Part shown: positions 37,653 to 46,966 of the stretch, piece after piece | Layout: the number at the start of each line of letters is the position of its first letter | Numbering within the stretch: position 1 is the first letter of the stretch | Virus record (IMG/VR): IMGVR_UViG_3300032770_000028 | Span: 1 to 51,963 of that record | Origin: a virus | Lineage: Duplodnaviria; Caudoviricetes | Reading direction: 5' to 3' (one strand) | DNA length: 51,963 nucleotides | Program-made: the position numbers and the translations under genes | The notes under the pieces: model-generated | What the model was told of the DNA's origin: nothing | Databases searched by the model: none | Seen by the model: only the letters and a program-made list of their open reading frames with translations

Positions 37653-37939
37653 GCCAGCACCGCGACCACGTCATCCTCGTGCACGAAGAAATGCTGCTCG
37701 TCCCGAGTCGGGATGCGCTTGAACGGCGCGTGGACGAGCAGGCGACCAGGCATCAAGATGGGATCGGTGGGCACCCAGTCGCCCTCGTCGTCGTAGCCCC
37801 CGCTGGCCACGGCCTCGATGATGCCCTGCTGGGCCGTGATGGCGCGGAGGCTGCCGTCGAGGAGCGCGATGCGGGAGCCCGGCAGCGTATCCACGGGGTC
37901 CAGGTAGCGGCAATAGACGAGGCGGTTGCGGGGCTGCAT
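37649..37939 (-). CDS. groES: GroES-like co-chaperonin
   Basis: 96 aa; QPRNRLVY..IAL..QGIIEAVASG..PGRLL..HEDDVVAVL follows the Cpn10 pattern. Confidence 0.68.
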   Translation of the reverse strand: MQPRNRLVYCRYLDPVDTLPGSRIALLDGSLRAITAQQGIIEAVASGGYDDEGDWVPTDPILMPGRLLVHAPFKRIPTRDEQHFFVHEDDVVAVLA

Positions 37940-38259
37940 TAGGACGGGTCCACGTTAATGGGCCGCGCGCCGCAGCACACGCTCTCGAACAACTTGTCGT
38001 CGTCCAGCACGAACTCCGCGTGCTCCCCGCACCTTGGGCAGATGTCGATCTCCGGTTGCTGGAGCGGGATCGTCCAGGGCTGCGGCGGCTCAGGCACATA
38101 GTGCGGCGGCTCCGCGAACGCACGCTGGAGATGCTGCTCCAGGTAGGTGACGTAGACCTTGCCATCGTGGCCGTAGTCCTCGGCGGCGGCGGCCTTCACC
38201 GCCTCGTAGCTGCGGCGCAAGGCTTCCTCGACGGAGATGAGCGTGGTCACACTTTGCAT
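37939..38259 (-). CDS. Hypothetical protein with CPRC..CC motif
   Basis: TAATG coupling. Confidence 0.55.
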   Translation of the reverse strand: MQSVTTLISVEEALRRSYEAVKAAAAEDYGHDGKVYVTYLEQHLQRAFAEPPHYVPEPPQPWTIPLQQPEIDICPRCGEHAEFVLDDDKLFESVCCGARPINVDPS

Positions 38260-38634
38260 TTAGTCCCCCTGCGTGATGGTGATCTGCAAGTGCAACGCCT
38301 TGGCCACCTTGTCCATTGACTGGCTGCTCACGCCGAGCCCCAGCCGCATCCGGCGCAAGAGGCTCGGTGGCACACCCACGCGCTGGGCCAGCGTGCCCCA
38401 CTTGGTACGCGGGGGGCCGGCGGCGGCAAGGGCCTGCGCGAGCGCGGCGGAGAAGGATGTGCCTGCCGCCCAGGTCGCTATCTGTGGGGCCGTCGCCATG
38501 TTCGGGCTTGCCACCGACTGTACGACAGGCACATCGCGAATCGGCTCCGCGCCGCGCGCTACATTTTCCGAAACTCTTTCCACATCGGGCACGGGCTCGT
38601 CGTCCCACGCGCTGCGATAGCGGGGCGCGCTCAT
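38260..38634 (-). CDS. HTH (Cro/XRE-like) protein
   Basis: TLAQRVGVPPSLLRRM...SMDKVAKAL. Confidence 0.6.
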   Translation of the reverse strand: MSAPRYRSAWDDEPVPDVERVSENVARGAEPIRDVPVVQSVASPNMATAPQIATWAAGTSFSAALAQALAAAGPPRTKWGTLAQRVGVPPSLLRRMRLGLGVSSQSMDKVAKALHLQITITQGD

Positions 38635-39032
38635 ACGCTCACCGTGCGGTAGCGGAACGCCTGCTTGAGCAAGTTAATCGTGTAGTCCGTCGCAAGCTGC
38701 ATTGGTGTCACGCGAATGACGCGCCAACCCATCGCGGCTGCCAGTGAGTACTTGCCGAGGTCTTTCACGAAGCCCGGCCCGCGCGTGTGGCGTCCGCCCG
38801 TGTATGCGCCACCTTCTACTTCCAACGCGACCATCTGTTCTTTCCAAGCATAGTCGAAGCGGAATTTCCGTTCGGGCGCTGCGAACGCGTGCTCCATCAC
38901 GGGATCGGGCAAGCCGCTCACACGCACGAGCCCCAGAAACGCTTGATCACGCAGCAGGGCTCGCAGGAGCCGCGCCTCCTTGATAGCTTCCGCCGAAGCG
39001 GGCAGCTTCTTCTTCGCCCTTACTTTCGCCAT
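38631..39032 (-). CDS. PD-(D/E)XK/DUF559-like nuclease (possible resolvase)
   Basis: EHAF..RKFRFDYAW..VALEVEGG..GRH..D..KY..A..GWRVIR. Confidence 0.78.
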   Translation of the reverse strand: MAKVRAKKKLPASAEAIKEARLLRALLRDQAFLGLVRVSGLPDPVMEHAFAAPERKFRFDYAWKEQMVALEVEGGAYTGGRHTRGPGFVKDLGKYSLAAAMGWRVIRVTPMQLATDYTINLLKQAFRYRTVSV

Positions 39033-39142
39033 GCCGTCACCGTGTCAAGGGCGTTGCAGCGGGTGCAGCGCCAGAAGAAGTAGAGGAAGTCGTGCCAGGC
39101 CCCGCTGGACAGGAACTCCCAGTCGTGCACGCAGACGTTCAC
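39020..39142 (-). CDS. 40-aa Cys/His protein
   Basis: CVHDW...CTRC; GTGA coupling. Confidence 0.45.
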   Translation of the reverse strand: MNVCVHDWEFLSSGAWHDFLYFFWRCTRCNALDTVTAWRK

Positions 39143-39576
39143 CGGGGGTCGGTCCCGAGCGCGGCCCGCTCATCCGCCAACGCTGCCTTGGCGTCGTAGT
39201 AAGCCGCCCGCGCGCCGAGTTCGGTTGCGAGCAAGTCTTCGCGCTTCCACGCAGGTAGCCCGTCGAACGGCGGCTCGCCCTTCGTCCCGAGGAACGCGGC
39301 GCGCACGCAGGACTTGTCGTAGCCCTCGGCATCGTTGAGTAGGCCGTCGAGCGAGAGCACCAGCCGCTCCAGCGCCTTGGCGAGTTGTTCGCGCGGGGGC
39401 GCCGCCCGCCGATTCCACGCCGCGCACGTTTGTGCCTCATCGTTGCCGGTGACGTTCGCGTAGCACCGTCGGCACCAGGCTTCCCAGTCCACGTCGTCGC
39501 GTCGCATCAGCGATGCCTTGCCCCCACAGAAGGGGCAGGGGAGCAGTCTCGGCCCCGGGGCCGCCGGGCCGCTCAC
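39139..39576 (-). CDS. Lar-family (restriction alleviation-like) zinc-finger protein
   Basis: LLPCPFCGG...CRRC...AAWNRR. Confidence 0.7.
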   Translation of the reverse strand: MSGPAAPGPRLLPCPFCGGKASLMRRDDVDWEAWCRRCYANVTGNDEAQTCAAWNRRAAPPREQLAKALERLVLSLDGLLNDAEGYDKSCVRAAFLGTKGEPPFDGLPAWKREDLLATELGARAAYYDAKAALADERAALGTDPR

Positions 39577-39848
39577 CGCGCCACCTTGCGTTCCGGCTGG
39601 TAGTCCTGCGTGATGCAGATGATACGGTAGCGGTAATTCAGCCATTCCGTGTAGCCTGCACGGGTGGCGAACCGCTGAGTCTTGGCGATGGCGCGCCGCG
39701 CCTGCTGGCGGGTGCGGAACGGATGGACGCGAGGCCCCGTCGAGAACAGCACGCCGCGCTCGCGCGCGTTGCAGTGCGTCGTCGGCTGTAGGATGCCGAA
39801 GCGGTCGCAGATCACGACGTACCCATGCACCTTCGCCCGCGTGTTCAT
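39573..39848 (-). CDS. Hypothetical protein
   Basis: GGAGG SD; coupled at both ends. Confidence 0.55.
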   Translation of the reverse strand: MNTRAKVHGYVVICDRFGILQPTTHCNARERGVLFSTGPRVHPFRTRQQARRAIAKTQRFATRAGYTEWLNYRYRIICITQDYQPERKVAR

Positions 39849-40315
39849 CGTCCGTCCTCCCCGGCGCGCCCCGACGCCAGCACGGCGTCTGCAAGGTGGT
39901 CGTAGTATTCGAGGTCGCTGCCAAGTTCGTAGCCGCACGTCGCGCACACCGTCACCGGCTCAACCTCACCAGCGCGCCCCGGATAGTGCTTCGTCGGATG
40001 CTCCTTCGCGGCTTGTGCCATCAGTTGCCCCAACGTGCCCAAACGCTCGCGGTCCATCGGGCCGCCGAGTCTGCTGATGGTCGCGCCCACCGCCTTTCCG
40101 GGTTCGACCCTCGCGGCGTCAAGAGCGTCGAAGGCCGCACGAACACGGGGACCAATCTCGCGGTCGGGCGCGGGGGCCGCCGCCAGCCGCCGCAGCAGGG
40201 AGGCCGCCTCAAGGAGTTGCTTGGCCTCGCTCGGGTTGTATTCAGCGAGCATCACAAGCGTCGGCGCCAGTTCCCGCGCTCGCTCGCGGTCGCCCGCGCC
40301 CGGCGCGCCGCTCAC
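39845..40315 (-). CDS. Hypothetical protein
   Basis: GTGA coupling; C-terminal H..CATC..H. Confidence 0.5.
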   Translation of the reverse strand: MSGAPGAGDRERARELAPTLVMLAEYNPSEAKQLLEAASLLRRLAAAPAPDREIGPRVRAAFDALDAARVEPGKAVGATISRLGGPMDRERLGTLGQLMAQAAKEHPTKHYPGRAGEVEPVTVCATCGYELGSDLEYYDHLADAVLASGRAGEDGR

Positions 40316-40467
40316 CGAGCACGCTCCCGCGCTTCGCGTTCCGCGCCGATGGCGAACGAGCACGCCAAGCACGCCCAGAAAGCCGCGTTATCGTGGAAGT
40401 TGAGGATGGCCGCGCCTATTGCGATAACCTGCCCGACGAACGACAGCCACCAGCGAAACTTGCTCAT
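40312..40467 (-). CDS. Small two-TM protein
   Basis: GGAGG SD; hydrophobic. Confidence 0.5.
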   Translation of the reverse strand: MSKFRWWLSFVGQVIAIGAAILNFHDNAAFWACLACSFAIGAEREARERAR

Positions 40468-40727
40468 CCGTCCCTCCCCGGCGGGCTCGCGCCCACCCCA
40501 CACTTTGTCTGGAAGGCGAGGCGCGCCGCCTGTTGGCATTCGTTCTCGGTTCCGCGTCTCGCCCACTCGTCGCGGTATGCCGCCAACGCGACGATGATGC
40601 CTGCCGCGATGCGCCCGTCCCGTGTCCGGCAGTCGCAGCGCCCCGCGCGAGCAGGACAGGCCGGGTCGTGTGGAACCGCATACACCGCATCAACCCAGTA
40701 GCGCCGCCAGTTGTATGGTGCCATCAC
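40464..40727 (-). CDS. Hypothetical protein (HDPAC..CDC)
   Basis: Coupled at both ends. Confidence 0.5.
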   Translation of the reverse strand: MMAPYNWRRYWVDAVYAVPHDPACPARAGRCDCRTRDGRIAAGIIVALAAYRDEWARRGTENECQQAARLAFQTKCGVGASPPGRDG

Positions 40728-41164
40728 GCCTCCGGCGCCACGGCCGCCAAGCGATCCAGTACGCGCGCTGCGAACGCGATACGAGTTTGCTGGTCTATGC
40801 CGCTGTCGGTCCACTTCGCAGGATGTGGCGCGCTGCTCTCCGCTTCCTCGAACCACGCGCGTGCCAGCAGGACAGGATTGTGGAGCGAGCGGATCACGGC
40901 CAATGCTACATCGCGTTCGTCCTCCATCTTCTGCGCGAAGTCCCAGCCATCCAGGACTTCCGGCTCGCGGGCCGCGGAGGCCCGCTCCAACGCCGCCTTG
41001 TAGGCACGGAGGAACACGCGCTCGGCTTCGCTGCGCTCGGCCAGTTCGTTGAAGGCGACACGGTCATTGCGACGCTCCGTGTCAAACGCGATGCGCGCAG
41101 AGTCCAAAGCGGCCAGCGCCAGCAGCAGCGCCTCGGCCTCGGCCGTGTACGCGCGGGCGCTCAC
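40724..41164 (-). CDS. Hypothetical helical protein
   Basis: GTGA coupling; GAGGA SD. Confidence 0.5.
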   Translation of the reverse strand: MSARAYTAEAEALLLALAALDSARIAFDTERRNDRVAFNELAERSEAERVFLRAYKAALERASAAREPEVLDGWDFAQKMEDERDVALAVIRSLHNPVLLARAWFEEAESSAPHPAKWTDSGIDQQTRIAFAARVLDRLAAVAPEA

Positions 41165-41373
41165 ACCGTGATCCTCGGTTGCGACGGCAGCGGGCAACCC
41201 GTTGTTGACCCATCGCACGGCCACTTCCCGCAACCGGGGCACCGCTGCTGTTGCTGAGGCACGAAGCCCGTCCCGCCACGCACCACGTCGTATCCGCGAC
41301 AGTTGAGACATTCCATCACAAACGGCCCGTAGACGCGCCCACACTTCGGACACTCCCAACCTGATGCGCTCAT
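41161..41373 (-). CDS. Small Cys-rich protein
   Basis: GWECPKCGRVYGP..CLNC, CPGC. Confidence 0.6.
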   Translation of the reverse strand: MSASGWECPKCGRVYGPFVMECLNCRGYDVVRGGTGFVPQQQQRCPGCGKWPCDGSTTGCPLPSQPRITV

Positions 41374-41457
41374 GCGTTCCCCCGGTGGGCGCTCACCGCC
41401 CCCAAGTGTGTATTCACGGCGTGCGCGCCCGCCCCGGCACGCGCTCAACTTGGCCGC

Positions 41458-42177
41458 TCATCGGGGGCGCCCGCCCGGCTCAGCCAATGGAGTCGCGGTA
41501 TGCCGCACGCCGTCGAGGATCGCTTGCCCGTGCGCTCGCGCGTTCGGGTGCCCGCCGAGCTGCTTGAGGAAGAACGGCACGCCCGCCGCCGCGCATTCGT
41601 CGCGCAGCGCCCGCGCCCACTCCAACGCCATCGGCCGCGCCTGCGGGCCGCTCTCGCCGCCGCAGATCACCCAGTGCAGGTCACGCAGCGTCCCGAAGAC
41701 CACCGGGCCAAGCAGCGGCTCGACGCTGACGAACCGCACGCGCGCGGGGACACAGGCCAGCGCCGACGCGCGGAAGATGTGCCGGTGATTCTCGACACTG
41801 ACGCCGAGCCAGACGTTCCGGTAGCCGTCGCCCCAGTCCGGCGGCAGATGGTCCACCACCCGGCCGATCCGCTTGGTCAGGATTTGGTAGGTCAGGTGCG
41901 GTGTGGCGCGGATGATCGCCCACGCCTCGTCGCGCCACGGGTCGGCGGCGGTATGGAAGAAATCGGACCACGAACAGGTGAAGACGCGCGCCGGTTCCCG
42001 CCAGCGCAGCGGGGCGGTGAACGTCGTCTTGCTGCGCATCACCACGTCCGGGTCTTGGCCGTAGCGCGCCTTCTCCCGATACATGTAGCAGTGCGCGCAG
42101 CCCGGCGAGACCTTCGTGCAGCCGTGCCACGGATTCCAGGTGCGATCCGTCCACTCGATCCCCGTGCGCTCGCTCAT
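41458..42177 (-). CDS. DUF5131 (phage Gp37/Gp68-family) protein
   Basis: IEWTDRTWNPWHGCTKVSPGCAHCY, SWSDFFH, LTKR, EPLLG, GGESG, FFLKQ. Confidence 0.9.
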   Translation of the reverse strand: MSERTGIEWTDRTWNPWHGCTKVSPGCAHCYMYREKARYGQDPDVVMRSKTTFTAPLRWREPARVFTCSWSDFFHTAADPWRDEAWAIIRATPHLTYQILTKRIGRVVDHLPPDWGDGYRNVWLGVSVENHRHIFRASALACVPARVRFVSVEPLLGPVVFGTLRDLHWVICGGESGPQARPMALEWARALRDECAAAGVPFFLKQLGGHPNARAHGQAILDGVRHTATPLAEPGGRPR

Positions 42178-42911
42178 GGCCGGGGCCGGGCCGCCGACCC
42201 GCCAGCGTACGCCTCCGCAATCACGCGCTCGATGTCCACCCGGCCCTCGATGTACGCGACGAGCCGCTTGGTCTGCCACGCCCTTTCAGCGACCCAGGCA
42301 GCGGCCCTGGCAGCGGCCCTGGCAGCGTCCCCGGCAACGTCCCCGGCAGCGGCCCCGGCAGCGGCCCTGGCAGCGGCCCTGGCAGCGTCCCCGGCAGCGT
42401 CCCAGGCAGCGTCCCTGGCAGCGGCCCAGGCAGCGGCCTTGGCAGCGTCCCTGGCAGCGTCCCCGGCGGCGTCCCTGGCAGCGTCCCTGGCGGCGGCCCA
42501 GGCAGCGGCCCCGGCAGCGGCGTCTATCAGGCCGCCCGCAAACTCCCGTGCGGCCTTGACGGCTGCGTGGCTCCGGGCGTCGGTCACCTTCGCCACGGCG
42601 AGCGCCCGTTCCGCGCAGTCGGCCGCAAAGAGCCGCGCCGTCGTGTCGCCCCACGCGGTCGGCGTGGTGATGCGGGCCGAGCGCACAACGAGCTTGTTGC
42701 CGCCGTCCACGATCTGGCCTCGCGCTTCCGCGTGCCAGATTTCGGCGTGCAGCCATTCGAGCAAGTCGTTGGCGCGGCAGAGGTGGAAGCCGCGCTTGCA
42801 CGCGACGAGTTCGCCCTCGACCGTGTACCAGACGCCGGGCTCCCAGGTATGCGAGCCGCCGTGGCACGAGCGCCGGCAGGGGGCAAGTACCTTGTACAGC
42901 TTGGGGTTCAT
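42174..42911 (-). CDS. Hypothetical protein with Ala-rich tetrapeptide repeats
   Basis: CKRGFHLC, RLFAADCAE, AA(R/W/G)(D/A) array. Confidence 0.75.
   Translation of the reverse strand: MNPKLYKVLAPCRRSCHGGSHTWEPGVWYTVEGELVACKRGFHLCRANDLLEWLHAEIWHAEARGQIVDGGNKLVVRSARITTPTAWGDTTARLFAADCAERALAVAKVTDARSHAAVKAAREFAGGLIDAAAGAAAWAAARDAARDAAGDAARDAAKAAAWAAARDAAWDAAGDAARAAARAAAGAAAGDVAGDAARAAARAAAWVAERAWQTKRLVAYIEGRVDIERVIAEAYAGGSAARPRP
42286..42522. repeat. 12-nt coding tandem repeat (about 19-20 units)
   Basis: GGCAGCG(G/T)CCC(T/C/A) period. Confidence 0.85.
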
Positions 42912-42975
42912 CGGGCCTCTCCCGTGGTGGGCCGGGTGACTGGCCCCATCGCCAGCCACCCGCCGCCCGGCCGCC

Positions 42976-43482
42976 CTACAGCGCCAGCCACTCGATCACC
43001 TCGGGCTCCATCTGCACGTTCCCCTCCTCGTCCTTCACGGGCTTCTTGTCCTTGCCCATCTTCGCCCGCAGGCGCGTCTTGACCAGCAGTTCCTTGCCCG
43101 TGATCTCCGTCGCGTAGGCTTCCGGCGCCTCGAACGGAAACTCCGCCTCCGCGCCCTTGGCCGGCGCCTGCATCAGACCCAGCGCGATGGCCTCGCGCGC
43201 CAGTTCCCGCTGGCCGATCTGCGCCGCCTGCGCGTTCGTGTGCTCCCACCAGGAGCGCGCGAAGAGCTTGCGGTTGCCGATGTGGTACATGGAGCCATCA
43301 GGCATTTCCACTTGCGTCGTGCCGTCCCGGCAGCGGATGTTGCCGTAGCGGCGCGTGACTTGCGTGCCGTTCTCCCTCTGCTCGACGTTCGCCTCCTCGA
43401 CCAGCACCTGATAGATGCCGTTGGGGAGCGGGGCGCCGCGCCCGCCGCCTGCGAGGTCCGACCCTGCGACTTTGAAGCTCAT
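42976..43482 (-). CDS. Putative ssDNA-binding protein (DUF669-like)
   Basis: AAGGAGG SD; PLPNGIYQVLVEEA; downstream of the Sak4/exonuclease pair. Confidence 0.6.
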   Translation of the reverse strand: MSFKVAGSDLAGGGRGAPLPNGIYQVLVEEANVEQRENGTQVTRRYGNIRCRDGTTQVEMPDGSMYHIGNRKLFARSWWEHTNAQAAQIGQRELAREAIALGLMQAPAKGAEAEFPFEAPEAYATEITGKELLVKTRLRAKMGKDKKPVKDEEGNVQMEPEVIEWLAL

Positions 43483-43547
43483 CGCCTGCATCCTCCTTGT
43501 AGGTTGCCTGCGTGCTGCGTGAAAAAACAAGACGTCTTCGCTCGGGC

Positions 43548-43805
43548 CTATCGGCCCTCGCGGGGAGCCTGCGGCTCCTGGGTATCCCGGTACGATGGCG
43601 CCGCCGCATCAAGCCCCGACCGGCGCTTCCGTCCCCGCCACGGCCGGGTTTGGGCCTCGCCGCACGCGCGGCAGAAGCGGCGCTGGGTTTCCGTGTCCCA
43701 GCGAGCCGTGCCGTTGCCCACGGGCCACAGCGGTTGAAATACCTTGCGCCAGCGGGACCAGTCGTGGAGCCCGCAGAGGCAGCGCAGCGCCTGCCACTTG
43801 CTCAC
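43548..43805 (-). CDS. Small Cys/His protein
   Basis: CLCGLHDW...RFCRACG. Confidence 0.55.
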   Translation of the reverse strand: MSKWQALRCLCGLHDWSRWRKVFQPLWPVGNGTARWDTETQRRFCRACGEAQTRPWRGRKRRSGLDAAAPSYRDTQEPQAPREGR

Positions 43806-44632
43806 TTGCCTGCCCCCTCCACCAGCTTCAAGAGCGTGGGCCAGTCGTTAGGCAGCTCCCCCTTCGCCTGGATCGCCGGCATGATGGGCAGCCGCGTCTT
43901 CGCCAGCCGCGTGGCATCCGGGCTCGCAATCAGCCGACACCGGAACGGCTTGCTGCCCAAGACGGGCTCCGCGTAGAAATGCACGTCGAAGGCCGTGGAG
44001 ATCGTCTGCCGGAGCGAGCCGAGCATGGCCGGGAGCTGGGCCTCGTCCCACTTCACCACCGTCTTCATCCCGCCGGCCGTCTTCTCGCTTTCCTTGCGCG
44101 GCGTGCCCAGGCCCTCGACTTCCCGGACTTCGCTCCACCACGTGACGATCACGTGACACTTGCGGGCCCAGCGCAGCGCGTCCAGCGTCTGCACGAACTC
44201 GGTGAAGCGCATGTTATGCACTTGGTAGGGCGTGCGCGCGTTGCCGCCGAGGCTCGTGGGGTCGTCGGTGTTGTAGGCGGCCATCGCGTCCCGGAACACG
44301 CACGTGGAGAGCGCGCTCGCGGTGTCCACCACGATCAGCCCCAAGTCGTCCCGCTTGAACAGCGGCATGAGCGCCTTGATCGCGTTCCGGTACCCGCTGG
44401 CCTTGAACGTCTCCAGCGACGGGTGCCACTCGGGATCGTCCAACGTGACGTATTCGAGATCCACGCCCGCGTAGGTGGCGGCCTCGGCGGGCGCGAGGAA
44501 GCCGAACGCCTTCTTGCCCGCTGGCAACGACGCGATGGCGCTCTTGGCGAACGTGGACTTGCCCGAGCCGCCCACGCCCAGCACGCTCACCGTGAAGCCG
44601 TCCCGCACGGGGGAGTAGTCTTTGGTGTTCAC
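43802..44632 (-). CDS. Sak4/AAA_24-like recombination ATPase
   Basis: GVGGSGKST, LIVVDTAS, C-terminal AKTR. Confidence 0.78.
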   Translation of the reverse strand: MNTKDYSPVRDGFTVSVLGVGGSGKSTFAKSAIASLPAGKKAFGFLAPAEAATYAGVDLEYVTLDDPEWHPSLETFKASGYRNAIKALMPLFKRDDLGLIVVDTASALSTCVFRDAMAAYNTDDPTSLGGNARTPYQVHNMRFTEFVQTLDALRWARKCHVIVTWWSEVREVEGLGTPRKESEKTAGGMKTVVKWDEAQLPAMLGSLRQTISTAFDVHFYAEPVLGSKPFRCRLIASPDATRLAKTRLPIMPAIQAKGELPNDWPTLLKLVEGAGK

Positions 44633-44892
44633 GCGTTGAATTCTCCCCACCAGTCATCGCCGAACAGCATATTGATGAGGGCGTCGTTTGTGTGTTTGGG
44701 CGCGGGCACGTCGCCAAGCCACTTGATGTCCTCCACCGTGCCAATGACATGACGGAACCGCCATACCTTGCCTTCGCCAATGTGGGCAAAGGACGCGTGC
44801 CCGGCTGCGTATGCTTCGGGCGTGGCAATGAAGCCGCCCACGCCATCGAAGTCACTGATGTACCGCTGGCCCTGAAATTCCAGTGCTTTCAC
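44629..44892 (-). CDS. Hypothetical protein
   Basis: GTGA coupling at both ends. Confidence 0.55.
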   Translation of the reverse strand: MKALEFQGQRYISDFDGVGGFIATPEAYAAGHASFAHIGEGKVWRFRHVIGTVEDIKWLGDVPAPKHTNDALINMLFGDDWWGEFNA

Positions 44893-45743
44893 TCGGTCCC
44901 TCGCTTGGTGAAGTCCCATTCCTTCTCGACCCACTCGCCCGCCGCCAGCCTCGACTGAATCACGGCTTCCCGAATGTCGGGATCGCTCTTGCACGCATTG
45001 AAGAACGGGCACAGGCGATTGTAGCGGAAGCAGGCGTTCGGGTTCATCTTCGGCGCGTGCAAGCCTCGCTGGATCTGGTCCGCGAGCGCCAGGGCGTTGC
45101 TCCGCAGCGTACGCAGCTCCGCGCGCAGGCTGGCCGAGTAGTAGATCGGCCCGAAGCGCTTGAAGCAGTTCGGCCAGTCGGGTTTCGCCGCACGCGGGAT
45201 GCTCCACACCTCGATCCACGCCTGGTTCACCGGCTTGCCCGTCGCCACTTCCGCCAGGTCTAGGTACCCACTGATCTGGTTCGACATTTCATACTGCCGG
45301 CTGAACGCTTCGCTCGGGAACAGACCCGTACTCTTGAGGTCATCCACGGCCAGCTCGCCATTTACTTCAATGAGCGCGTCCAGGATGCCGCCGTAGCCGC
45401 TGGCCGCGTCCGAAATGGGTTGCTCGCCCGCCAAGACTTTGAAGCCGCGCGCGCTCGGCGGGCCCACGTGCTCCGCATACGCGCGCATCATCGTTTCCGC
45501 CAAGGGCCAGGTGCGCTTCTCGCCGTCCGCTGGCGTGTAAGCGCCCCACGCGTCCTTCGCCGCGCTCACGGCCGCGTCCGCGTCCTCGCGCAGAAAGTAT
45601 TCGTTCCTGAACGTGTGCAGGATGGCCCCGAAGTGCGGCGCGTCCTCGTCCCGCGCACTGGCGAAGTGCCTATTGTACCGATAATCGCCCTCCTGCTCGC
45701 ATCGCGAGAAGGCGGTTAGGGCGGTGGCGTCACGGACGGTCAT
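44889..45743 (-). CDS. PD-(D/E)XK exonuclease (Cas4/RecB-like, Cys-containing)
   Basis: FGAILH, GILD, VDDLKS, QISGY, C....CPF...C. Confidence 0.83.
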   Translation of the reverse strand: MTVRDATALTAFSRCEQEGDYRYNRHFASARDEDAPHFGAILHTFRNEYFLREDADAAVSAAKDAWGAYTPADGEKRTWPLAETMMRAYAEHVGPPSARGFKVLAGEQPISDAASGYGGILDALIEVNGELAVDDLKSTGLFPSEAFSRQYEMSNQISGYLDLAEVATGKPVNQAWIEVWSIPRAAKPDWPNCFKRFGPIYYSASLRAELRTLRSNALALADQIQRGLHAPKMNPNACFRYNRLCPFFNACKSDPDIREAVIQSRLAAGEWVEKEWDFTKRGTE

Positions 45744-45985
45744 ATCTTGCACGGCTCCAAGTAACGCATCGTGTTCGCATCGGCCTCGACCCATACCGTT
45801 TTGCCGTCAAGGTCGTGAACGTCGCGCACGCCCATCGTCTTGATGAGATGCACGCCTTGATCCACCGTAAGCACTTGCAAGCTGGCAAGGGACGGCTCGG
45901 TGTACGCGCTGAACCATAGCGCGACTTCGCCGTAGTCCCCGACGCCGAACTGCACGTCTCGAATGACTGCCATTTGCTTGCTCAT
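45740..45985 (-). CDS. Hypothetical protein
   Basis: ATGA coupling. Confidence 0.55.
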   Translation of the reverse strand: MSKQMAVIRDVQFGVGDYGEVALWFSAYTEPSLASLQVLTVDQGVHLIKTMGVRDVHDLDGKTVWVEADANTMRYLEPCKI

Positions 45986-46037
45986 CGCGCCCGCCAATAT
46001 AGGCATCGCCCGATTTCGCGCAAGTCCACGCTCGGTG

Positions 46038-46250
46038 TCATTGTGGTGTCGCTACGCTGTCTCTGAACCGCTCGACCCGCACCCGCCCCACCGTATCAAA
46101 CGAGTCCCGATACACCCGCCGCCGATACTCGGTGAACGAGTGCGCCGGCACGCCATGCGGCTGGCAGCGGGGCTCGCGATGCACGCACACGGCCACGCCC
46201 GCCAAGAACCCGACGGCCAGCGCCACGAGAGGCAACGCCACCCTGGTCAT
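46038..46250 (-). CDS. Small membrane-anchored protein
   Basis: N-terminal TM. Confidence 0.5.
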   Translation of the reverse strand: MTRVALPLVALAVGFLAGVAVCVHREPRCQPHGVPAHSFTEYRRRVYRDSFDTVGRVRVERFRDSVATPQ

Positions 46251-46441
46251 AGCGTGCGCAGCAAGTGCTCGATGGCTTCCCGGTCGCTACGCTCGCAGGC
46301 GTACGGGTCTTCGCACAACGAGGGCGCCTCCGGCCGCTGGCGCTTCCGGTGCCAGCCCACCAGCCACATACAAGCGAGCACCAGCGCATCCACCACGCAG
46401 GGCGTGAGAAGGCCCAGCAGGTACCACGCCCAGGGCTTCAC
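46247..46441 (-). CDS. Small membrane protein
   Basis: GTG start; MKPWAWYLLGLL. Confidence 0.5.
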   Translation of the reverse strand: MKPWAWYLLGLLTPCVVDALVLACMWLVGWHRKRQRPEAPSLCEDPYACERSDREAIEHLLRTL

Positions 46442-46776
46442 GCTTCCCCCAAGATGCGCCTTGCGTTTGCCAGCCGCCGGGCGCGTCGTTCTGACACGGA
46501 CGCGCCGCTGCGCTCGGGCGCGTTCACCCAATGCCGCGCGAACACGCCCGTCCGGTTCTGCTTGCCCACGATGCCCGCCAGCGTCGGAATCGTGTAGCCT
46601 GCCCGCAAGTGCTTCCATGGGTCCGCCTGGATCGCTTCTACGATCCGCCGCTCGCGCTCCAACTCGTCGGCTAGCGTGTCCATGTGCCGCAAATCCGGCC
46701 GCACGTTCGGCGGCTCCATGCTTCTTACGTCGCCGAACAACGTGGTCGCGCTTGGCCATCCCCATGCCCTAGCCAT
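46438..46776 (-). CDS. Hypothetical protein (start uncertain)
   Basis: Packed between neighbours. Confidence 0.45.
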   Translation of the reverse strand: MARAWGWPSATTLFGDVRSMEPPNVRPDLRHMDTLADELERERRIVEAIQADPWKHLRAGYTIPTLAGIVGKQNRTGVFARHWVNAPERSGASVSERRARRLANARRILGEA

Positions 46777-46966
46777 TGCCGCCCTCCGCGTGCTCCAGCT
46801 CCACCAGCCGCAGAAAGAGCGCCGGGTGCGACCTCACCCACTTGAGCGCTTCCACCGGACTCAACCGCATGACGCGCTCGGCCGACTCGCCCCGCGCCAC
46901 GCGCCGAATGCGCCGCTGGATCGCCCGCACCTGGCAATGATACTGGCTGTGCGCTGCCTCGGTCAT
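46769..46966 (-). CDS. Hypothetical protein
   Basis: TAATG coupling. Confidence 0.5.
   Translation of the reverse strand: MTEAAHSQYHCQVRAIQRRIRRVARGESAERVMRLSPVEALKWVRSHPALFLRLVELEHAEGGNG

Noticed and set aside
42286-42522. Repeat array as CRISPR
   Set aside because: Contiguous 12-nt coding units, no spacers and no cas operon
43520-43565. Intrinsic terminator on the - strand
   Set aside because: Short GGGCC/GGCCC stem separated from the T tract and located mid-operon; too weak to call
44889-45743. Cas4 as part of a CRISPR system
   Set aside because: Its context with Sak4-like and SSB-like genes is a standard phage recombination module
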